NCBI RefSeq assembly: GCF_006345805.1
Contig: NW_021836140.1
Coordinates: 26,564-90,563, forward strand
From: Octopus sinensis
Taxonomy: Eukaryota
Length of the DNA: 64,000 nucleotides
Direction: 5' to 3'
The translations under genes were made by a program, and so were the position numbers. A model generated the notes under the pieces. That model was not told where the DNA came from. It did no database searches and worked only from the letters and a program-made list of their open reading frames with translations. Shown one piece after another: positions 35,901 to 48,964 of this stretch. Each line of letters opens with the position of its first letter. The first letter of the stretch is position 1.

Positions 35901-38228
35901 AAAATAGTTTTTCACTTACAATCTAAGCACACAGTTCTTTTAAACCATATCTGGCAGGCATATATATATATATTGTGAGCTTCCAGGTCCTGTTGCAAAA
36001 TTATTGTACCTGTAATTTCATTGACTTGCAATTGCAAACATATGAGATTTCTAATCATTGAGGTATAATTGATAGCATTGAATATGCTCTCAAGGAAAGA
36101 AGATTGCTCCGAGCAACATGTGCTGTAATTCCCATTCATCCCATAACAGATGGTTGAAAGGAGATTAATTACCAATAAATTCTTTATTCTTAAGAAATAT
36201 ATTACAAATGATTCTGTTTTTAGGATATCTTATTCTAAAAATAGCAACTAATAATTCTCTTCTCTTATTTTTCCCTCTTAGAGATCTAAAAAGGGATATA
36301 AACTGATAGTTGGATTGTCATTTACATTTAAACACAACGAACCACCAAGATATCTTACCACTGTCTTGGTGAAAGTTTTACTCATAATATTTACTATTTA
36401 TCATCTATTTTCTTTTTAAGAAAACAGTTTTCTCCCTCAAGTCATTCCCTAAAATAAATTCACTTTTTATAGATTTCGAAAATTCAATGCTTAATATTTT
36501 GAATGTTTCTTTATATCATCATTTCTTTGTGAAATTATTCCACTTGAAATTAAAAATAAATGGTAGATAAAAATAAAATACATCAAATAAACAAACAAGC
36601 AGAGAATTGCTTAAAAACAATTTATATTAGATTGCAATTCAGAAATTAAATTAAATCATTGTATATAAAAAGAAAAACAAAAAGTGCTTTTTGTATGGTA
36701 ATCACTCACAAATGCTAATGCAACAACCCCCGTTTCCACACACTTACATATACATATATTCACATTTAAACACAAATACACATTTATTAGCACAAACACA
36801 CTTATGCATTTACATTTATAGACATTTATATATGCACAATGCCTAAAAAAGAGACACAGCAAAAGAAATCGATAAAATAGTAAACAAAATACTATATACC
36901 TACAATAAACACAAAAACTTAGACAGGAAAGAAAAAATAAGCAGCACCCTCACTCCCGACATTCATCCAGTAAAAGCTAAGAAAATTAAAATACTAAAAA
37001 TATCTTTGATGACCATGAAATAGAAAACTGTAAATACTAAACTTAGGAAGACACATTTTTTTTTAGTTAAAATAAGGAAGAATATGAGGGGAAATCAAAA
37101 GAAAAGGAAAATAACTTTTATCTAAAATACCATTGGAAGCTATCTGAATGTTTGCAAAGCTTAAAAGGTTGTGAAGCAAAATGAAAGGAGAGTTACATAA
37201 AAAAAGAAAGACGGATAATTTCCAAGAAAAGCAACTAGATGAATAAGCTGAATAAGAAACAAATTCAGCAAATTTAAAAACCAATATAAGAGAATATTCA
37301 AGAATATGAGAAATTCAAACACTTGCATGGAATTTCAAATGCAAGTTATGTAAATACAGGAGGTTGCTCCCTCGCCGAAATTGAATGGTTGGTTTTGTTG
37401 TTTATTGTCTTGTAAATGTTTTTTTTTTTCTTTTAGTTACATAGTTCCAGGAGAAAGAACAAAGTCTATGGCCTCATGGCATCCTCTACTATCGGAAAGA
37501 AACTTTGAGATTAAAACATTTAATATTGGTTTCTTTACTTAACATACAAAAGTTCTATATTATCAAGGAGATGAAATGAAAAGTTACTTCAGTCAGGTAA
37601 CAGGTTTATACAAGGTATTGAAACCACATTGTAATCTCAGCTAACCACTGCACTTTTCGTTTAATGTTTACTTTAAATTAATGTGTAAAGTAAATATTTA
37701 AAGGTTTGTTAGAAAGGATGGTAGATTGGTAAAATTGTTGGATCTTCATAAAAACGTCTTTACCGTATTTCTTTCCATGCCTCAGTTCCTAGTTCAAATC
37801 TAGCTGAGGTCAAGTTTGTCTTTAATCTTCTTTAGCATTGACAACATAAATCAATGATGCCATGGGATCTATGGTATCAACTGAGTCCCTTTCCATCCAC
37901 TCAAAATCGTTGGCTTTGTACCTAAAATAAAATTCATTGTCATAGATTTGAACGGTGAAAGTTATTGTGAGATGCATACTAAACTGATATGAAGGCATGT
38001 TTTGCAGGAAATTTAAAACTAATTAGAAAAAAAATTGATTCAGGCAGAAAAAGATAAATTTAATGAGCCATAATTGCAATCAAGTCCAATTCAGTTCAAA
38101 ATCATTGTTATCTAAAAATGCAATTGACTAGTGTGAGGTTGAACATAACTGACTAAACTGGACCAAATATTAAAGATTGCATCTTGAAATTATAATGATG
38201 GTGTTGTTGCTAATGCGGTTGTAGTAAT

Positions 38229-38608
38229 GATGGAAGCACTCCGTCGGTTACGACGATGAGGGTTCCAGTTGATCCGAATCAACGGAACAGCCTACTCGTG
38301 AAATTAACGTGTAAGTGGCTGAGCACTCCACAGACACGTTCACCCTTAACGTAGTTCTCGGGGATATTCAGCGTGACACAGAGAGTGACAAGGCCGGCCC
38401 TTTGAAATACAGGTACAACAGAAACAGGAAGTAAGAGTGAGAGAAAGTTGTAGTGAAAGATTACAGCAGGGATCACCACCATCCTCTGCCGGAGCCTCGT
38501 GGAGCTTTTAGGTGTTTTCGCTCAATAAACACTCACAACGCCCGGTCTGGGAATCGAAATCACGATCCTATGACCGCTGCCCTAACCACTGGGCCATTGC
38601 GCCTCCAC
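38229..38608 (-). mobile_element. Full-length SINE family C with a 13-bp TSD
   Basis: TSD CGGTTGTAGTAAT at 38216-38228 and 38609-38621. Confidence 0.9.
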
Positions 38609-39382
38609 CGGTTGTAGTAATATGCTTTCCTTGATGCATGGATTTTAATTACTAGAGTTTTGAACTCAAACATTTGAACTACAGAAGCACTTGCAAAGTA
38701 TTACAGACTCTGCTGACCTCATTATTCATCTACATTCCTTGTTGTAGCATATATCTTACGTCAACAAACTGGTACGATTTCTAGAATGCCAAGTGTCTTT
38801 ATTCGTTTTTCTAATCATGTCCAAAGAAAATTTGATTGCAAAGAAATTTTAAAACGTTAGCACAGCCATCTATTGATTAATATGTACATGGAAGACAACT
38901 ATTAAGTTTTAAACACATAATACAAATGATCAATTTTTTAGGTGAAAATGCGTGAGAAATAGATCTCGTGATAGAATCTGACAGTGCAAAAAGATGAAAA
39001 GAAACAGTGAGGTCAGATCAAAGAATTAGATAATGTAGAATCAAGCGTAGTAGAAGTATGTCGTATTGCAGACCTGTCCAACTTATTGCAACATAGAAAA
39101 GGTACTTTAAAATGTTGATGAAGATGTATTTGTTTGAGTGTATAAGAAACGGAAAGTCTGTTCCACTTTAATCAAGGAATACACACATTCACACATACAT
39201 ACATACATACATACATACATACATACATACATACATACATACATACATACATACATACATACATACACACACATATATATACATATATATGTACATATTC
39301 ATATGTATGTATATGTATGTGTGTATACATACATATATATATATATATATATATTTCTAGTATGCCAAGTGTCTTTATTCGT

Positions 39383-39423
<41 letters not shown>

Positions 39424-39487
39424 TTCTTTTAGAAAATCATTAAAAACTCCGGCGGAGAAAAACACTCTAAGAAGTAGAGAAGTCTAT

Positions 39488-39680
39488 ATTAATTACTGGT
39501 GAATGCCAATTTGTAGGGTTACCCTGGGTTTCTCGCCATAAAGGTTACCTTTGAGGCGTATCTTCAGACCCGAAGACCTAGGTCAACAGTTCTTAGGGTC
39601 TGAAGATACGTCTTAAAGGTGCTCTTTATGGCCCTGAAACTCAGGGTAATCCTATAAACCGGCCTTCACCTGTAATTAAT
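39488..39680. repeat. Diverged fold-back palindrome (~89-bp arms) with a hammerhead in each arm
   Basis: Arms ~39488-39576 and ~39591-39680. Abuts a (TA)/(TG)n tract. Confidence 0.85.
39516..39571 (-). ncRNA. Minimal type I hammerhead motif
   Basis: Minus strand reads GGGT-CTGAAGA-TACGCCTCAAAGGTAACCTTTATGGCGA-GAAA-CCCAGGG-TA-ACCC. Stem II CGCC/GGCG plus AAAGG/CCTTT. GUA triplet. The plus-strand partner at 39596-39652 has a decayed stem II. Confidence 0.75.
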
Positions 39681-39703
39681 TATATATATATGTGTGTGTG
39701 TGT

Positions 39704-39741
<38 letters not shown>

Positions 39742-39746
<5 letters not shown>

Positions 39747-40022
39747 GGAACGTGGTTTAGTGGTTAGGGCATTCGGCTCACGATCGTAAGGTCATGAGTT
39801 CATTTCCCGGCGACGCGTCGTGACCTTGAGCAAGACACTTTATGCCACGTTCTTTCAGCTGGCAAGAATGAGTAGTACTCGTATTTCAAAGGGCCGGCCT
39901 TGTCACACTTTGAGTCACGCTGAATCACCCTGAGAAGGTACACGTGTCTGTGTTAATTTCACGAGAAAGCTGTTCTGTTGATCTATCAGCTGGGACCCTC
40001 GTCGTCGTAATCGACGGAGTGT
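39742..40022 (+). mobile_element. Diverged SINE, family C-related
   Basis: tRNA-like head GTGGTTTAGTGGTTAGGGC and family C tail GTCGTCGTAATCGACGGAGTG. Confidence 0.75.
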
Positions 40023-40242
40023 TGTCTTGTGTGTACTGTTAGATGTACTACTACTGCTGTAAAAGTCAGACCTTCACGTTGATTATCATTATCCAGGCAG
40101 CTTCCAGTATAGCGATTAGTCGAACACTGTTCTTAGTAGTGTTATCAGTTATGATATAGAGCATATATCGTGGAAAATTACGATAAATACAAGTAGAAAT
40201 ATTTAGTTCTTACGTACGTTTCACCATTGCAGTTATTTGGAA

Positions 40243-40398
40243 TTCAGCATTGGATATTCCAAGCGCATTCGGGTGCCTAGCAACTATGGATCATCAGGGA
40301 AAAATTTTAGTGCATTCATAAAAGGATGCATTAAAGCGTCCCCCGGATGATTTGTTGCAGTTAGACATCCAAATGCACTTGGAACATCCAGTGCTGAA
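40243..40398. repeat. Old diverged fold-back (~70-bp arms) next to a (TA)/(TG)n tract
   Basis: TTCAGCATTGGATATTCCAAGCGCATTCGGGTGCCTA versus the reverse complement of TAGACATCCAAATGCACTTGGAACATCCAGTGCTGAA. Confidence 0.7.
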
Positions 40399-40412
40399 AT
40401 ATGCGTAGGAAC

Positions 40413-40415
<3 letters not shown>

Positions 40416-40450
<35 letters not shown>

Positions 40451-40660
40451 CTGCCTGTCTGTGTGTGTGTGTGTGAGTGTGTGTCTGCCTGTCTGTGTGT
40501 GTATTTCTGTGTGTGTCTTTGTTTGTATATGTGTGTGTGCATGTGTGTGTGTATGTGTGTGTGCATGTATGTGTGTGTATGTGTGTGTGCATGTACGTGT
40601 GCGTATGTGTGTATCTTTGTGTGTGTCTCTGTGTGTATATGTGTGTGTGTATGTGTGCGC
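40416..40660. repeat. (TG)n-rich degenerate microsatellite
   Basis: Direct reading. Confidence 0.9.
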
Positions 40661-41908
40661 GTTTATCCATCTTTTACGTGTTTGCCTGTATGTACTTAAA
40701 TGTGTGTGGGATCTTATTTTAAAGTTCAGAATGTCACAATACTACATTCCCTCAAAAGACATTGATCGGTTTAGTGCCGAGGTAGAAAACGCTTGCCCAA
40801 AGTGCCGCGCAGATGGACTGAAATATTCGTAACTACATAATTCTTGTATGTGCGTGTTTATGTGTGTATTTAGTATTTCCAGTGTAAGATGCTCGTTATA
40901 TTCATGAATAATATTATTAAACTGTTATTTTTAGCAATACTGGTGGTTCTTAAACGTCTAATATAAAAGGCATTTTATATTTTCCGCTCTTGTATTGTTA
41001 TTAAAATTTTTCAAGTGAACCGCTACTACAAATATACTCAACTACTACTACAGATGAATTACCTATAATCGCTTCAAAGCAACCGATGCGCTAGCTACAA
41101 AGGTATGGTAAGTATATAGGGATAGTATGCAAAATAGTAGTAGTGGTGTAATCATATGTTCGTACAGAAAGTAGAGTTATTGGTAAGTTATTGTGGTCGG
41201 TGTGGCTGGCAGTATTGATGTCTAAAGTTGGTCGACATGGCTGAATCGAAGCTCTGAATAAGTTATTGAAATTTTCAAGTAAACCGTATTCATTGATGGT
41301 TCAGTTCATGACATTCTGCTACTGAGTTATTGTTTATAAGGTCGCGAATTAGCATGAAGAGGAGCATCGGCCGTGGTTTCAGTTTTTCGTGTGAATATAC
41401 GAGAGAAACCAAACAATGAAAATGTGATTTCAAAATTATATGATTCTTTTGAATAAAAATGGCAATAGGTGATTATTCATATACCTCACATGATGATGAG
41501 AGAAATGAGAAATAGAAAGATTAAGAAATTGTTGCTTCATCGATTATTGCAACCGTCTTGGCTGTAGTCAATATCAATTTTTTCGTTAGTGGAGCAAATT
41601 CGAACTTATAGAATGTCATATATCATACAATCATTATAAATCTAATTCGAAATTTTTATAAAGCCCTTAATGTTTGCATTTAATTATAACGTCCTTGATA
41701 TTCGTAAATAGCTATTTCATCGAATCTCGTCAATTCGAAGTAGTAAAATATTTATTAATTACATTATATTCTTTCATCACAGAAATGGGCAAGGAAAGGA
41801 GAAAATACTTTTGCAAAGAGAAGATATACGAAGCTATTTCACTACTTCTTATTATAGTTTATTAGTCGTCAGGGAACATAAAAGTAAGCTTAATTCTAAA
41901 TTTATGTA

Positions 41909-43170
41909 TTAGGTCGTCAAGTATGAAATCTTTAGTAAGGTATATGGTAAACTTTTACAGCTGCTCATTTTCAGCCATTATTATATTTTGACAATCTTTA
42001 TTTTTTGTTAGAAAGCTGACACATCTATCTCTTCATTCTAACTCATTTTGCACTTTATAAAGTATTTATAAATTGTTTTTTGCTGTTTTTATTTAAAGAT
42101 GGATAAGTTGGAAATTCGTACAGTTTTGAAATATGGGTTTTTTTCTTGGAAATACAGCATCACAGACAGCTTGGAATATTAATGGAGTATTTCGTTCTAA
42201 TGTTATTACACAGCAGACAGTATCAAATTGGTTTGTAAAATTTCATTCTGGTAACTTTGACCTCACAAATGAGCAACGCGGTCGACCAGAAACAAAGGTG
42301 GATAATAACGAACTGAAAGCCACCGTCGAGTCAGATCCATCTCAATGTGCCCGTGAATTATCGTTGTTGTTTGGTGTTAGCAAACAAACAGTACTGACTC
42401 ACGTAGTTCAAATCAGTAACGTGAAAAATTTGGATAAGTGGGTTCCACATGAACTCAATGAAAATCAGAAAGAACAACGTTTGGAAGCCTGCATTATGCT
42501 ACTTTCTCGTCACAACAATGAGTCATTTTTAATCGAATTGTAACATGTGATGAGAAATGGATCTAATACAACAACAGTAAGCGTTCAGCACAATGGATGG
42601 GCAAAGACGAGCCACCAAAACACAGTCCAAAAATCAAAATTCATCAAAGGAAGCTGATGGTGTGTTTGGTGGTCTGGCGCAGGTGTATTACACTATGATT
42701 TCATTAAACCTTGCTCATCAATCACGGCCGAAGTATACTGCAGCCAACTGGACCAATTGATGCAGAAACTTACACAAAACAGCTTTGATTAGTCAACAGA
42801 TCCACTCCTATTTTATTGCCAGACAACGCCAGACCACACATCGCAAAAATGACATTGGCAAATCTACAGGATTTGGAGTTGGGACTTCTCCATCATCCAC
42901 CATACTCACCCGATCTTGCCCCCACTGACTACCACTTCTTCCAGAATTTGGATAACTTTTTTATAGGAAAAACAATTAATTCCGACGATGCTGTAAAGCA
43001 GGCCTTCCAAGATTTTATTGATTCTAGATTCCCAGGCTTTAACTGTTGGACAAGCTACAGCTGAAATGGCAATATGGGTGCATACTTTGATGAATAAAAC
43101 TATTCCTTGTATTTATAAAGCATTTGCAAACTTTTGTTCTTTTCTACAAATTTCATACTTGACGACCTAA
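41909..43170 (+). mobile_element. Near full-length mariner element (1262 bp) with a pseudogenised D,D34D transposase
   Basis: Perfect 21-bp TIRs TTAGGTCGTCAAGTATGAAAT, TA on both sides. ATG at 42099, WVPHEL, TCDEKW, DNARPH and YSPDLAPTDY with 34 residues between the last two Asp. Frameshifts near 42140 and 42530 and in-frame stops. Confidence 0.95.
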
Positions 43171-44783
43171 TACAAATAAGAACAGTTCTAATGTATTTTC
43201 TTCTGTATTTTTCATTACAAGAAAACTTTTAAATATTGTTATGTTGGGATAATTTGTCTAAATTGAGTCAGCACAAACCTGCTGACTCAATTCATCTAAA
43301 ATTTACACAGCTGTTCATCTAATAGATCACACAGCCATTCGCTGCTGTGCAAAATAAAAGATAAAAAGTAGCAGATGTGTTTGAAAAGAAAAGCATCAAA
43401 CAAAATATTAAATTCCCCGAAGAAGCTCAGACGTTACATAAAAAGAAGAGTTTGAGAATTAGTTAGTAAATGATAGAAAAGTTGAAATAGACGCAGTGAT
43501 GAAGGATGATAGAATCGCAAATACGTTAAGCTTTTACACAGATATAGACTCTAAATTGTAAGAACAGAATGAACCAGATCCAGAAGGAGGAATGTCTCCA
43601 GATAGTGCGCAGATACAAGAAGCTCCAAAAAAAAAAAATTCGTCTCGACGTACAGCATAGAAGCCATGAATACGGAACATTTGCTAAATGCTGATAGCAT
43701 GCAATCAACATTAGATAAATAATTTCTTATAATCTGTAATAAATCAAATGAATGATTGATCAAAGCACGCACTTGAAATAGTATTAGATTGAAATAATGA
43801 TGCGTATACGGCATTGGCAGCAATAATTTGTCTCAGAAAATAATCTTGTGTTAAAAGACATTATTTCTTAAAACACAGAGCTCGCTCAGAATGATGTCAT
43901 CAGATTGTTATAGCCCATTGTTTCGGCCTTGTTTTGTCTTCTCAGTGACGCACAGACTTAGAAATTCCGATTTAAGTCGTAGCCTTATTTCGAATATGGA
44001 ATTTATCAAACAAAACATTAGCTGCTTCTTTGCGGAAGCTAAGCAGACTGAAATTAAAGTGGCCTATTCGCTGACATCATTCTGAGGGAATAGTATGTTT
44101 TGAACACAAAATGTCTTTAATATGGCTTCTGAGACAAAATATAATATAGTTTATTAGACAAAATGTTACAACCAAAGCTGTCCTTACTTTGTATATATAA
44201 TATAAAGGTTATACACACTATTAAGTATATTATAATTTCAAGTCCATAATTTTCATATAGATTTTCCATATAATTTTATATAATTGAAACTTATGTGTAA
44301 CAATGAGTACAAATTAACTCTACAGGACATATTCATAGTCGTCTACACTCTAAAATTTAGATAAATAAGATAAATTGAATATATGTATACTAATAAAGAT
44401 ATTCATGTAAGTAGTATTAATATTTATATATTGCAATTCACATTGTTAAATTGAAATATCAGTTAATTTAGCACTATTAGAACATAGGTTTATGAAAGCC
44501 CCTTTGCACTTTAATATTACGTCATTTTTTCCAATGAAGTTTCTATTATCCTGCTTTGAACTTGATAAATATTGCATCTGAAAAACAGAAACTTTTTACA
44601 AAATTAAAAACGGATTGTTGTTAGGGGATGTTTAGTTGCTTCCTATGAGGTTTTGGGGTTTTATTTATTCCTTTATTTGTTAGTGTATGTACAATTACAT
44701 ATATGAAAAGTACTAATTTTGATATATATAAATATCTTTATATCCAGCTTAATGTAATGTATCGTCAGAGCGCCGAATAGAGC

Positions 44784-45110
44784 ATTATTTACTTTGAGGG
44801 GACCCTTCATATGGACGCATGGTGCATAAATTACACTTATGTATATCGCTGGCAGACGAGAATCATCTGCTATGGGCGCCGGAACTGACAGATCACATAA
44901 TTTCGACAAGTCCTGTCTCTTCAGTGGTAGACGTCCAGTAGCCGCATGCCAGTCAAATCTCACCGCAATACTAATACCAAGAGGCAATCATTATATCCAA
45001 CGTAACATGAATGTATTGTTAGAGCATTGAATACTGCGTTATATACCTTTAAATATGTGTGATTCTATGTACCAAACATCCATATGGGAGATCCTCTGAA
45101 GGTAAATAAT
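44784..45110. repeat. Island bounded by diverged ~53-bp inverted repeats, with a partial hammerhead core inside
   Basis: IRs 44784-44836 and 45057-45110, about 70% by eye. Minus strand 44901-44924 reads CTGAAGA-GACAG GAC TTGTC-GAAA. Stems I and III are weak. Confidence 0.5.
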
Positions 45111-45613
45111 ATGTTCTAACAATATAGCTACATTAAATTGGGTTTAAAGATTGCCTTTTGTTATAGGTACTGCTTCTGTAGCTAATAATCATATATAAAT
45201 ATATTCTACTTTCATTTGTAATGAGTAAGTATATTCTTATCTACATTTATAATTGCATTTTCGTCCTAAATAAATTGAAATAACATCATTTTAAACGTTC
45301 AAAAGTGAAACAGTGCGTTATTAATGTTTTCTTTCACAATTTCAAAACCTAATACAGCTATAGTAAGATTTTCACGTTCTTCACCTATGTAAATAAAACA
45401 TTAGACTGAGATTCCTAAATCATTGTTTATGCTTTCTATTTCCTTTTTCTTAAAACAATATTAATTTCAATTTTTAAATTTCTGACGTTCAAAGCAAAAC
45501 TTCAAGCTGCCAAAGGTTTTTTGCGGGCCAGTGAGTAGTTTTCGACTTTATACACACGTGCACACACACACACACACACATACATACACACACGCGCGCG
45601 CGCGCGCGCAACA

Positions 45614-45658
<45 letters not shown>

Positions 45659-45751
45659 TATTTAAAACAACTTGATTCGATTCCGTGCTACTGCAAATTT
45701 TGCAGGCTCCTAATGGGAGCCCGATTCCTCCAGTCTTTTGGAACATATATG

Positions 45752-45793
<42 letters not shown>

Positions 45794-46929
45794 ATATACA
45801 TATATGCTTATATGTATATATATATATGTATGTATTCATGTGTGTATGTATTATATAAAGTAAAAAATTCCCTCATATATATATGTATATATATATATGT
45901 ATATATGTATCTGTGTGTGTGTATTTGTGTGGGGTGGTTGTAAAGATGGAGAAATAGAAATAAAATAGCATGTTACCAAAGGGATGGAGTGATTGTATCA
46001 GATCATTCGGAATTGTTTCTTTTCATAACTGCGTTATTGTTTAAGATAGGAGAGTATGAGACCCCACCATGAAGTAAAACAATCTAAATTATTCAATTAC
46101 TGAATGACATCATTCATAATAATATTGTAACAATAATAATTTTAAACAAATGAAGACAATATCTTTACAGCAATAACGATTTTAAACAAACGAAAACAAT
46201 ATTGTCGTAACAATAATTTTAAACATATAGAAAGTATTTTGGGCCAATGCTTGACAACAGTCATTTTATAGAAAATCAAAGTAATGCTATACTTTGAAAC
46301 AGCAAACCAAGGAAATCAAGGAACAAACAATTACAGAACGTATTGTTCATGAATAGCAACGAAATTTTTTTTCAAGTGGGGAACAACCTTTATGCTCATA
46401 TCTCTGATATTGCGCCATCTCCTCGCAAATACTTTTAAGTAATTATTGAATAGTTCTTCAATTGTAACAATTGAATGGCTTCGATTTTTTTCTTGGCATG
46501 AAAAAACAATATTTTTGTTGGCCGCCAAACATAATAAAAGTAGCTGCTGGCTCACAAAGTGAAAGTGGAAACAATAACTCAAGAGTCACTAAGATCTGAA
46601 GATAGCTTTTTTTTTAAAAAAAAAGAAAGAAATACGCTTAGCATAATAATACACTGAGAGGTTGGGGTAAAACTCCACACATAAATGAATAAATGCTACT
46701 AATTTTTCAAGACTTGAGAGGATTGATGGAACAACATACCATTATATGAAAAATAGCTTTGTTGAATTGCTTTTAAAAATATTAATTGTAATCAAATATA
46801 AAAAAAAGAAGAGGAAATTAAACAAAAGCTAGGCTCCAACACGAAAGTAATATGCCTCAAAGCGTTGCATAAGTACTATGACGTTCATGAAAATATTACG
46901 TTTCATACATACATACATATATTTACATA

Positions 46930-46945
46930 TGTATCTATCTATCTG

Positions 46946-47022
<77 letters not shown>

Positions 47023-47045
47023 GTATATATGTATATATCTATATA

Positions 47046-47079
<34 letters not shown>

Positions 47080-47116
47080 CATACATACATACATATATAC
47101 ATACATACATACATAT

Positions 47117-47156
<40 letters not shown>
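46930..47156. repeat. (TA)n/(CATA)n microsatellite
   Basis: Direct reading. Confidence 0.95.
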
Positions 47157-47158
<2 letters not shown>

Positions 47159-47675
47159 GTCTAAAGCTCAATGGGAACGCCAACAGATGTTGCAATTTGT
47201 TTCATCACATGTGCATTTATCTTCATCGCTTGCAAAACTAACACTACCACCATCACCATCACCATCACCAATATCGTTCATGCCCCTTATCGTAACAACG
47301 CTACTGCACTCGTCCTTCCTACCGCCATTACCCAAACACCTATTCACCCCAATTTCAACGATCTTTCCTTCACCTCTACAACTACCCTTGTCATTACTAC
47401 CACTTCAATTAATATATTGCCTGTAATTACTATGGAGATCAATGCAACAATCGCGTTACATACAGAAATGTATCTAGCGTGATTGTTATTATATGTATTA
47501 ATGTTGAGAGTAAAGGTGTCAGTGAGTTAAGTTAATCAGTTTGGATGGTGGTATTGATGTAAGAACTGCTTGTATGTAATATATATGGAGAGAAGAATCC
47601 GTTTATTTTAATCTTAAATAATATTATAACAATTATTCTTTTCTACTCTTGGCACAAGGCCCGAAAATTTTTTGG

Positions 47676-47761
47676 GGAGTGGTTAAGAGCGCGGTCTACA
47701 AACCCCAAGATTCCGAGTTCAATTCCAAGCAGTGACCTGAACAATAATAATAATAATAATG

Positions 47762-47810
<49 letters not shown>

Positions 47811-47960
47811 TGATGATAATAATAATAATAACATCGAAAAATACCTTAGAAATTTCCCCAAGACACCTGAAGAAGGCTGGAGGGTATGTCAGCCGAAACA
47901 TTGTGTTAACAACAAACAAGATGAGGACAAATATCCGTCGAATGTAAATAATGTAAATAT
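47676..47960 (+). mobile_element. tRNA-headed SINE-like element with internal (AAT)n and a 3' hammerhead
   Basis: A-box-like GAGTGGTTAAGAGC at 47677-47690, B-box-like GAGTTCAATTCC at 47715-47726, (AAT)n at 47743-47831, hammerhead at 47862-47907, terminal tandem AATGTAAAT x2. The 5' end is fused to a family B tail fragment at 47634-47676. Confidence 0.65.
47862..47907 (+). ncRNA. Minimal type I hammerhead motif
   Basis: GACAC-CTGAAGA-A-GGCTG GAGGGTATGT CAGCC-GAAA-CA-TT-GTGTT. Stem III is ACAT, plausibly CpG decay of ACGT. Confidence 0.72.
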
Positions 47961-48004
47961 ATGAGCATGTTATCAACAAGGAACTTACATGCATCCAAAT
48001 GTAA

Positions 48005-48960
48005 CTAAATAATATATTGATTACCAACCCCCAGCCTGTTGTTAATTTGGAGCCCTAGTCTGTGCATGAGTATAGCTTCCTTAATTCTTAAGTTACCAAA
48101 ATTTCTTTCATTGGCCTCAATTGTGATTGTTATGCTTTTGTAGGTATTCCGGCATCTGTCTAGATGTTTTCTGAAGGAGGAGGCTCTCGTGTTCTGATAT
48201 TCTTTGATGCGGACATGTAACGGTCTTATTGTGCTACCCACATAGAACTTGTTGCATTTGTTATGTTGTATTCTATACACAACATTTATCCGTTGGCACT
48301 AATCTGTGTCACGGATGGGACAGTTTGTTAGTGTGCATTGATTGTTGTTCCTTGTTTGTTTCTTTGCGTGGTGTCTTCTCAGAGAGGGGCCGGAGTGGGC
48401 TAGTTGTATGTCTAGCCCTTCTCTTCTTATGGTTCTTTGGATGGCTGTGGTTACCCTCTTGCTAAAATGGGGTATTTTAAGGAAGCATGTTTTGCTGGGT
48501 TTTCTGTGTTCGGCGTGTTGGTCGTATTGGGTACTTAAGCCGATTTACAATGGATCAAAGGGTATCCGTTTCAATATATCTAGGAAGAGTGTAGCGTGGG
48601 TCACCTTGTCCTCTGTCCTGCTGCACTTGCCCTGGATGCGTGCAAGTTCATTTCTGGCGTTTCCTATTTTGGCACCGAGTGGAAGTGCTGAAGTGTACTG
48701 AACAAACATGCTCATGTAATGTTTATAACAAAAAAAAGAGGAAAAAATAAGGAAAAGAGTAAGTTGCACGTATATCACATAACTTAGAAGTAGCGCTAAG
48801 GATGTACCAGCACACACGAGATTGTGACATGGCCGACCTCACGCACTTCTCATGAGGAATTCCGGTAGGAGCATCGTGAGACCACTGCTGAAACGCTCCC
48901 GAAAAACAAAAAAATAAAAGCCATTGGAAAACCGATTGCAGCAGCGACTCCATCAATTCC
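48005..48960 (-). mobile_element. Internally deleted Penelope-like element: RT thumb, Cys-rich linker and GIY-YIG endonuclease
   Basis: QYTSALPLGAKIGNARNELARIQGKCS...LFLDILK, then FLKIPHFSKRVTTAIQRTIRREGLDIQLAHSGPSL, CTLTNCPIRDTD*CQRINVVYRIQHNKCNKFYVGSTIRPLHVRIKEY and LRIKEAILM. Most of the RT core is absent. Confidence 0.85.
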
Positions 48961-48964
48961 TATG

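Noticed and set aside
43885-44086. 15-bp inverted repeat CTCAGAATGATGTCA about 200 bp apart
   Set aside because: No TSD and no second copy. Too little to call a MITE.
45050-45105. Possible 49-nt minus-strand micro-exon (RISHMDVWYIESHIFK)
   Set aside because: It coincides with one arm of an inverted repeat and has no neighbouring exons.
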